Origin: an uncultured Thermococci archaeon | GTDB lineage: Archaea > Methanobacteriota_B > Thermococci > Thermococcales > Thermococcaceae | Length of the DNA: 12,438 nt | Direction of reading: 5' to 3' | Assembly: GCA_964487115.1 (NCBI GenBank) | Contig: CAZAPD010000079.1 | Coordinates: forward strand, 1 to 12,438 | Part shown: positions 7,370-12,438 of the stretch, in pieces | Layout: every line of letters starts with the position of its first letter | How positions within the stretch are numbered: position 1 is the first letter of the stretch | Made by a program: the position numbers and the translations under genes | Notes under the pieces: model-generated | The model's input: the letters and a program-made list of their open reading frames with translations, nothing else | Told to the model about the DNA's origin: nothing | Databases searched by the model: none

Positions 7370-7693
7370 ATGGTAGAGGTATTCAATTTTAACAAAGAAT
7401 GGGAAAAGAGTCTTGGACGAGCAGTGAAGGTCATTGACATGGATGAAAAAATTCAAGCCGGAATACTTACAATGCCTCCCCATACCCGACTTCCCGAGAA
7501 AGGATTCAGCATTCACAAAGAGTATCATGAGTTTGCATATATTATCGAGGGTGAGGTTACATTGGTGACAGATAGCGGAGAATTCACTGCAAAAAGTGGA
7601 GAATTCATATATAACGAACCCAACACTCCTCATTATACTGTGAACAGAGAGGATAAGCCAGCTAAAGTTCTGTGGATGCTTGTTAGGATCTGA
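7370..7693 (+). CDS. Monocupin (cupin_2-type) protein
   Basis: 107 aa with cupin motif 1 (GFSIHKEYHEFAYIIEG) and motif 2 (GEFIYNEPNTPHYTVN). Good SD, and divergent from hyuA. Confidence 0.88.
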   Translation: MVEVFNFNKEWEKSLGRAVKVIDMDEKIQAGILTMPPHTRLPEKGFSIHKEYHEFAYIIEGEVTLVTDSGEFTAKSGEFIYNEPNTPHYTVNREDKPAKVLWMLVRI

Positions 7694-7717
7694 GAGAATA
7701 ACGAAAGGGAATGCAGT

Positions 7718-7728
7718 AAATTAAAACT
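7718..7728 (+). repeat. 11-bp direct repeat AAATTAAAACT, right copy
   Basis: Identical to 237-247 and spans the idsA stop codon. Confidence 0.6.
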
Positions 7729-8752
7729 CTCTCTCTACAAGAAACTCGGCCAGCAGCTCCAAATCTTTCCTTGCCTCGCTTTCAGGAAGCACTTTCAGAG
7801 CCTCGTTCGCCTCCCTGACGAGGTTCTTAGCGTAGTGAGCAGCGTAATCTATGCTACCATATTTTTTGAGAAGTTCAATGGCTTTGGCAACCTCCTCCTT
7901 CATCTTATCATCGTGGATAAGCGCATCCCCCTTTGCATCCCCAGCATACTTGCCGAAGACCTGCAGGAACTCGGTCTTGTCCTTCTCGCTCGCATTGTCA
8001 AAGAAATGGCTGACTATTAAGGTTTTTTTGCCCTTCCGTATATCGCTTCCCACAGGCTTTCCAAGCTTTTTCTCGTCCGCTATAAGGTCAAGTACATCAT
8101 CCCATATCTGGAAGGCTATTCCGACGTTCCTACCCCACTTCGACAGGGCTTGAATGTACTCCTCACTGTCCGTTCCAACTATGGCACCTATCCTTGCTGA
8201 ACCGTCAAAGAGTGCCCCTGTCTTACCGCTTATCATTTTAAGATACTCTCCAACACTTACCTCCTCTTTCGTCTCAAAGTCTATGTCCATGGCTTGACCT
8301 TCACAGAGTTCGTTTGATGTTTTTGCCATAACATCGAGAATTCTAACGACTTTTGAAGGTTCTACCGGCGTCTTTGCTATAGCTTCAAAGACCTTTGAAA
8401 AGAGCAGATCTCCAGCAAGGATTGCCATATTGACTCCCCAAACCTTATGCACTGTAGGTCTTCCCCGACGGAGCTCGTCCATATCCATGATGTCATCGTG
8501 AACGAGAGAGTAGTTGTGCAGGAGTTCAACCGCTGCCGCTGGGTACAGAGCCTTTTCAGGATCACCCCCAACAGCTTCCGCCGCCCTGAGGACAACAAAC
8601 GGTCTTACCCGCTTCCCCCCGGCGAGCGGATAATGTCTTACTGCATCATACAGCTCTGTAGGTTCTTTTTCAGGAATAAGCTCAAATATGACTCTGTCAA
8701 CAACCTTCGCTTGCTCTTTTATTCTCTTAAAGAGGACATCGAACTTCCCCAT
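7721..8752 (-). CDS. idsA: Short-chain isoprenyl diphosphate synthase (geranylgeranyl diphosphate synthase)
   Basis: GGKRVRP, FARM YSLVHDDIMD..LRRG with an aromatic residue five positions before the FARM, GQAMD, KT and SARM FQIWDDVLD. SD GAGGTGG overlaps the rnj stop. Start is ATG 8752 or 8755. Confidence 0.96.
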   Translation of the reverse strand: MGKFDVLFKRIKEQAKVVDRVIFELIPEKEPTELYDAVRHYPLAGGKRVRPFVVLRAAEAVGGDPEKALYPAAAVELLHNYSLVHDDIMDMDELRRGRPTVHKVWGVNMAILAGDLLFSKVFEAIAKTPVEPSKVVRILDVMAKTSNELCEGQAMDIDFETKEEVSVGEYLKMISGKTGALFDGSARIGAIVGTDSEEYIQALSKWGRNVGIAFQIWDDVLDLIADEKKLGKPVGSDIRKGKKTLIVSHFFDNASEKDKTEFLQVFGKYAGDAKGDALIHDDKMKEEVAKAIELLKKYGSIDYAAHYAKNLVREANEALKVLPESEARKDLELLAEFLVEREF

Positions 8753-8761
8753 CATACCACC

Positions 8762-10084
8762 TCACATTATTTCAACAGAGTACCCGTTCCTCGATACAAA
8801 GACGTCCCTTCCTATTAAATACCCTTCTTCTTCAGCAAGTTCTGCATAATGGGTTAGCATCCTGAAATCCCCGTGAGCAGGAACGATATTCTCTGGGTTG
8901 AGAATCCTGACCAGATAACGGTGATCCTCCCTTGAGGCGTGTCCGGATACATGCAAGTCTTTAATCATTCTCACACCTTTCATTTTAAGCTTTGTCTCTA
9001 ATGCATATCTTTGAGCGATATTAAGAGGATTTGGTATAACCCCTGCAGAAAACACAACAGTATCCTCTTTACCGATATTATAGAGCTCTCCATTGGCCAT
9101 TCTCGTCAGAACTGCCCCAGGCTCACCCTGGTGGCCCGTTACTATAAGCAGGTAATTCTCTCTCGCCCCGGCAACTTCCTTAAGAACCTTTTTGATAGCA
9201 TTAGGGCTCCTTAGAACCCTCGAACCCTTCATTTTTATAAGGCCAAGCTGTTTAGCCATTCCGGTATATTTTGCAAGTGAGCGGCCTATTAACACTGCTT
9301 GCCTGCCCATGGCATTTGAAACCTCAATCAGCTCCTGAAGCCTTGAGATATGGGAAGCAAATGTAGTTGCTATGAGTCCCTTCTCCTCCATTCCCTCATA
9401 GAGAAAGAAATCCTCAAGGAGCATCTTTGCAACAGCTTCACTGGGTGTCTTTGTCGGTTGAGCAACACGGGTGGATTCCGGAATGAGAATTCTGACTCCT
9501 TCCTGTCCGAGCTCCTTCAGACGCTTATAATCAGGTTTTTCCCCAAGGGGATTGTTGTTATCAAATTTGTAGTCACAGGCATAAACAACGGCTCCTTCGG
9601 GAGTGTGGACAACGACGATTGCTGACTGGGGAATTGAATGGGTTATCTGAATAAACTCTATCGCAAGATTCTCACTAACTTGCACAATCTCACCGTAGTG
9701 AGTTTCATACATCGGATTCTTAACCTCAAAATACTGCTCACTTTTCACCTCACTCTTTGCGAGCTTTATCGTGTAGGGCGTACCGTATATCGGGACGTCT
9801 GGGTAGTGAGGAGCCAGCTTCGCGACGGCTCCAATGTGATCAAGGTGGCCATGAGAAAATGCTATTGCAACGACTTTTTTATCCCTGATAGGCCTATCAT
9901 CCGGTATTGCTCCAAGCTTCTGGAGCTCCTTTGTTGGAAAGTGCTGAATGCTAACATCCTCATGGATTAAAACTCTGTCCAGCCTGATTCCCATGTCGAT
10001 TATAACAACCTCCCCGTTGTATTCAACGGCAGTCATGTTCTTCCCTACTTCCTCGTAACCGCTAAGCGTGTAGATTTTTATCAT
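8762..10084 (-). CDS. rnj: Archaeal ribonuclease J (beta-CASP metallo-beta-lactamase, 5'-3' exoribonuclease)
   Basis: GYEEVGKNM, SHGHLDHIG (HxHxDH), THSIP, DYKFD, ESTR, FASHISR, TGHQGEP, HVSGHAS and PAHG motifs. Conserved position between fni and idsA. Confidence 0.95.
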   Translation of the reverse strand: MIKIYTLSGYEEVGKNMTAVEYNGEVVIIDMGIRLDRVLIHEDVSIQHFPTKELQKLGAIPDDRPIRDKKVVAIAFSHGHLDHIGAVAKLAPHYPDVPIYGTPYTIKLAKSEVKSEQYFEVKNPMYETHYGEIVQVSENLAIEFIQITHSIPQSAIVVVHTPEGAVVYACDYKFDNNNPLGEKPDYKRLKELGQEGVRILIPESTRVAQPTKTPSEAVAKMLLEDFFLYEGMEEKGLIATTFASHISRLQELIEVSNAMGRQAVLIGRSLAKYTGMAKQLGLIKMKGSRVLRSPNAIKKVLKEVAGARENYLLIVTGHQGEPGAVLTRMANGELYNIGKEDTVVFSAGVIPNPLNIAQRYALETKLKMKGVRMIKDLHVSGHASREDHRYLVRILNPENIVPAHGDFRMLTHYAELAEEEGYLIGRDVFVSRNGYSVEIM

Positions 10085-10100
10085 ATCTTATCCTCCTTTT

Positions 10101-10132
10101 TGGCCTCTAAGCTCATAATGAGCATAAGGCCA
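10101..10132 (-). promoter_or_regulatory. Imperfect inverted repeat / predicted hairpin in the rnj 5' UTR
   Basis: Plus strand reads TGGCCT-CTAA-GCTCAT-A-ATGAGC-ATA-AGGCCA, ending 2 nt upstream of the SD AAGGAGGA (10098-10091). Confidence 0.6.
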
Positions 10133-10157
10133 CGTTGAGTAATAGTTGAGTGATGGG

Positions 10158-10165
10158 TTTAAAAA
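10158..10165 (-). promoter_or_regulatory. Putative TATA box for rnj-idsA
   Basis: TTTTTAAA on the minus strand, predicting a start site near 10133-10135. The BRE is weak. Confidence 0.5.
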
Positions 10166-10179
10166 GGTGTGCATCCATG

Positions 10180-10196
10180 AAGAGAGAAAAGATAAA
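10180..10196 (-). terminator. Putative pyrimidine-rich terminator after fni
   Basis: TTTATCTTTTCTCTCTT directly after the fni TGA. Confidence 0.4.
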
Positions 10197-11315
10197 TCAG
10201 CGCGCCCCAAGGTACGCCAGTAGGTTAATCCTCTGCTCGAGCCATTCCTTCGTGAAGCCGGTAACAACAAGTGGAACCTTCCTCAGCTCTTCGACGTTTT
10301 TAGCCCCAACGAGAAACATGGCATTTCGTATCTCCTCGATGTAACGCCTGAGGACTTTGAGGACCCCCTCCACGTCCCCCTTGACTGCAGGTTTTAGTAG
10401 CGGTAAGGCCACGCCGGCAAAAGTAGCCCCCATGGCTAAAGCCTTTGCCATCGTTATGCCGTCACGCATTCCGCCGGTGGCTATTATCGGAAGGTCCGTG
10501 GCGGAGCGAACCTCGGCGACGCTTATGGCCGTCTTTATCCCCCAGTCCCAGAATTTTAACGCCAAGTTTCTGCCCAGCTCATCCTTCGCGCGGTAGTACT
10601 CGACGGCGCTCCAGCTGGTTCCGCCGAGGCCGCCGACATCGATGGCATCAATTCCTATGCTCTCAAGCCTTATCGCCACCTCCTTGGAGACGCCAGCACC
10701 GGTTTCCTTTGCTATTATTGGATAGGGAAACTCAGCTTTGAGCTCGGCTAAAGCTTTCAGCACTCCGCGGTACTGTGTGTCACCCTCCGGCTGGACGCTC
10801 TCCTGGAGAGGGTTGAGGTGTATCGCCAGAGCGTCAGCCTGAATCATCTCAACCGCTTTGAGGGCCTCATCCATACCGTAGCGCCCCGGCATCGTCTCGG
10901 CAAACTGGGGAGCGCCGAGGTTGCCGACGAGGAAGACATCAGAAGCAACGTCGCGCACGTAGTAGCTCTCCCACGTTTCCGGCTTCCTTATCATTGCCCT
11001 CTGACTGCCGACACCCATCGGTATGTTCAGCTCCTGAGCGGCCTTCGCCAAAGTCTTATTGATTTTGCCTGCGAGCTGAGAGCCCTTGGTTCCCCCGGTC
11101 ATTCCCGCTATGAAAATCGGGTAGTCGAACTTCCGGCCAAGGAACTCGACACTTAGGTCTATTTCGTCCTTATCAATCTCGGGAAGAGATGTGTGAATAA
11201 AATAAACATCATCAAAGCCATTGCTTACATGAGCTTCTACCTGACGTTTGAGACAGTGCTCTATATGCTCAAATTTCCTGATAATTGTGAGCTCTTCCCT
11301 ATCGAATTCCTCCAT
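10197..11315 (-). CDS. fni: Type 2 (FMN-dependent) isopentenyl-diphosphate delta-isomerase
   Basis: RKFEHI, AGMTGG, GVGSQR, NLG, HLNPLQE, KETGAG, GGTSW and TGGMRDG motifs. ATG 11315 follows the SD GGGTGAT; the ORF-track GTG at 11324 is part of that SD. Confidence 0.96.
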   Translation of the reverse strand: MEEFDREELTIIRKFEHIEHCLKRQVEAHVSNGFDDVYFIHTSLPEIDKDEIDLSVEFLGRKFDYPIFIAGMTGGTKGSQLAGKINKTLAKAAQELNIPMGVGSQRAMIRKPETWESYYVRDVASDVFLVGNLGAPQFAETMPGRYGMDEALKAVEMIQADALAIHLNPLQESVQPEGDTQYRGVLKALAELKAEFPYPIIAKETGAGVSKEVAIRLESIGIDAIDVGGLGGTSWSAVEYYRAKDELGRNLALKFWDWGIKTAISVAEVRSATDLPIIATGGMRDGITMAKALAMGATFAGVALPLLKPAVKGDVEGVLKVLRRYIEEIRNAMFLVGAKNVEELRKVPLVVTGFTKEWLEQRINLLAYLGAR

Positions 11316-11394
11316 CCATATCACCCGAAGAAAAAATTAGCAGAGAGAGTTAAGAGGTTTTTGGGTTCAATTTTTGAATGTTAAAAGTTAAGGT

Positions 11395-11409
11395 TTTAAA
11401 GTTTAAATA
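11395..11409 (+). promoter_or_regulatory. Putative BRE/TATA promoter of the AOR-family gene
   Basis: TTTAAATA at 11402-11409 preceded by AAAG, with SD GAGGTG at 11443-11448. Confidence 0.55.
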
Positions 11410-11454
11410 GTATCATGACACTTATTTTACTAACTTTGCTCTGAGGTGTTTGCA

Positions 11455-12438
11455 GTGTTGAATATCTCTAATAATTCGGTAGAAATAGGGAAAAAGATGC
11501 TGATTATTGACTTGACTCATGAAAAAATTATCAAGAAAAAGATTAAGCCCGAAACCGTAAAACTGTATCTCGGGGGAAGAGGCTTCAACTCAAAGGTCCT
11601 CTTTGATATGGTACCCGGAAGAATAGATCCCATGAGCCCCAAGAATATCCTCGCACTGAGCAACGGAACCTTCGCTGGAACTGCACTTCCGATGACCAGC
11701 AGGCTTCACATAAGCACCCTCTCGCCACTCTCCGGAATTCTTGGGGACGGTAACGCCGGCGGTGAGTTCTCTGCAATGCTGAAATTTGCCGGTTATGAGC
11801 AGGTTATCTTAATCGGAAGGGCCAAAAAACCGAAGTACATCTTCATCGAAGACGATAACGTCGAGATAAGAGACGCAGGAGAACTCTGGGGTCTGACCAC
11901 TGGTGAAACAGTTGACTGGCTGAGAGACGAACACGGTGACGAGGTCAGTGTTGCAGGAATTGGTCCGGCGGGAGAGAACCTCGTGCGTTTCGCCACGACG
12001 ATAGTGGACAAGTACCACTCCGGGGCAAGGGGAAGCGGCGCCGTGTGGGGTTCGAAGAACCTCAAGGCAGTAGCGGTCATCGGGACTGGGGAGGTTGAGC
12101 CGGCCGATCCTGAGAGATTCTACGAGATGGTCCGGGAGGACATAGAATACTTCAACCGGAACGAGTTCGTCAAAAGAATCTACTCCATCATCGGGACGCA
12201 TTACGGGCTGATACAATGGTACCCAAGCTGGAAGTACTTCCAGATTCCGCTCAGCGCCAATGAGCTGCCTGTTGGGCTGAGACCCCAGGATCTGGCAGAG
12301 TACGAGGTGGGAAGGACTCAATGCTTCTCCTGTCCGCTTGCATGTAAGGACGTTTACTATCTGCCGAGCACGGATGAATACGGTACTGCGAGCGAATTCG
12401 AGTCAATATACGCCCTCGGCTCCAACAACTGCATAACC
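11455..12438 (+). CDS. Tungsten-containing aldehyde:ferredoxin oxidoreductase (AOR/WOR) family protein, 5' partial (continues past the window)
   Basis: Hand translation gives 328 open codons from GTG 11455 (alternative ATG 11497): GKKMLIIDLT, YLGGRG, IDPMSPKN, SPLSGILGDGNAGG, LKFAGY, LWG, IGPAGENLVRFA, GAVWGSKNLKAVAV, the Fe-S motif CFSCPLAC (starting 12322) and EFES. It is missing from the ORF track because no stop falls in the window. Confidence 0.93.
   Translation, partial: MLNISNNSVEIGKKMLIIDLTHEKIIKKKIKPETVKLYLGGRGFNSKVLFDMVPGRIDPMSPKNILALSNGTFAGTALPMTSRLHISTLSPLSGILGDGNAGGEFSAMLKFAGYEQVILIGRAKKPKYIFIEDDNVEIRDAGELWGLTTGETVDWLRDEHGDEVSVAGIGPAGENLVRFATTIVDKYHSGARGSGAVWGSKNLKAVAVIGTGEVEPADPERFYEMVREDIEYFNRNEFVKRIYSIIGTHYGLIQWYPSWKYFQIPLSANELPVGLRPQDLAEYEVGRTQCFSCPLACKDVYYLPSTDEYGTASEFESIYALGSNNCIT

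Noticed and set aside
7301..7633. 110-aa minus-strand ORF
   Set aside because: Antisense to the cupin gene, which has the motifs, SD and promoter.
10088..10270. 60-aa minus-strand ORF ending just before rnj (possible leader peptide)
   Set aside because: It overlaps fni out of frame, crosses the predicted terminator and promoter, and has no recognisable motif.
53..11384. Remaining short ORFs of 60-123 aa in the track
   Set aside because: They overlap well-supported genes in antisense or alternative frames, or cross promoter DNA, and show no recognisable motifs.
11380..11427. SurR (GTT-N3-AAC) or TrmBL1/Tgr (TATCAC-N5-GTGATA) sites at the WOR promoter
   Set aside because: Only partial matches (GTTTTAAAG, TATCAT) are present; neither motif is complete.
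11585..12321. Minus-strand ORFs of 63, 95 and 170 aa
   Set aside because: These are antisense shadows of the AOR-family gene on the plus strand.
1..12438. CRISPR array, tRNA/rRNA, IS element, integrase, intein or frameshifted pseudogene
   Set aside because: None seen by eye. There are no regularly spaced repeats, intergenic gaps are short, and all complete proteins are of normal family length with open frames.

Overview
Archaeal chromosomal window, very likely Thermococcales (Thermococcus-like), judged from the fni-rnj-idsA gene order, GGAGG/GGTGA Shine-Dalgarno (SD) sites, TATA/BRE promoters and a tungsten AOR-family gene. Left to right: the 3' end of a probable methyltransferase (+). Next is a ~7.5 kb, generally AT-richer accessory block (238-7720). 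It holds a minus-strand operon of hydantoinase/oxoprolinase A and B, an M24B Xaa-Pro peptidase and an NCS1 permease, followed by an Lrp/AsnC regulator, plus a divergent cupin gene. Then come the conserved genes idsA, rnj and fni (-), and a partial divergent aldehyde:ferredoxin oxidoreductase-family gene (+, runs off the window, absent from the ORF track). The best candidate for an undescribed system is the accessory block. It pairs an ATP-dependent cyclic-amide hydrolase with a dipeptidase rather than a carbamoylase, which fits (as a hypothesis) uptake and recycling of cyclic dipeptides (diketopiperazines) or related lactams formed by heat. The block is bracketed by an exact 11-bp direct repeat. 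A predicted 5' hairpin on the RNase J mRNA and several candidate operators are also noted. All family assignments come from recognising motifs by eye; no database search was run.
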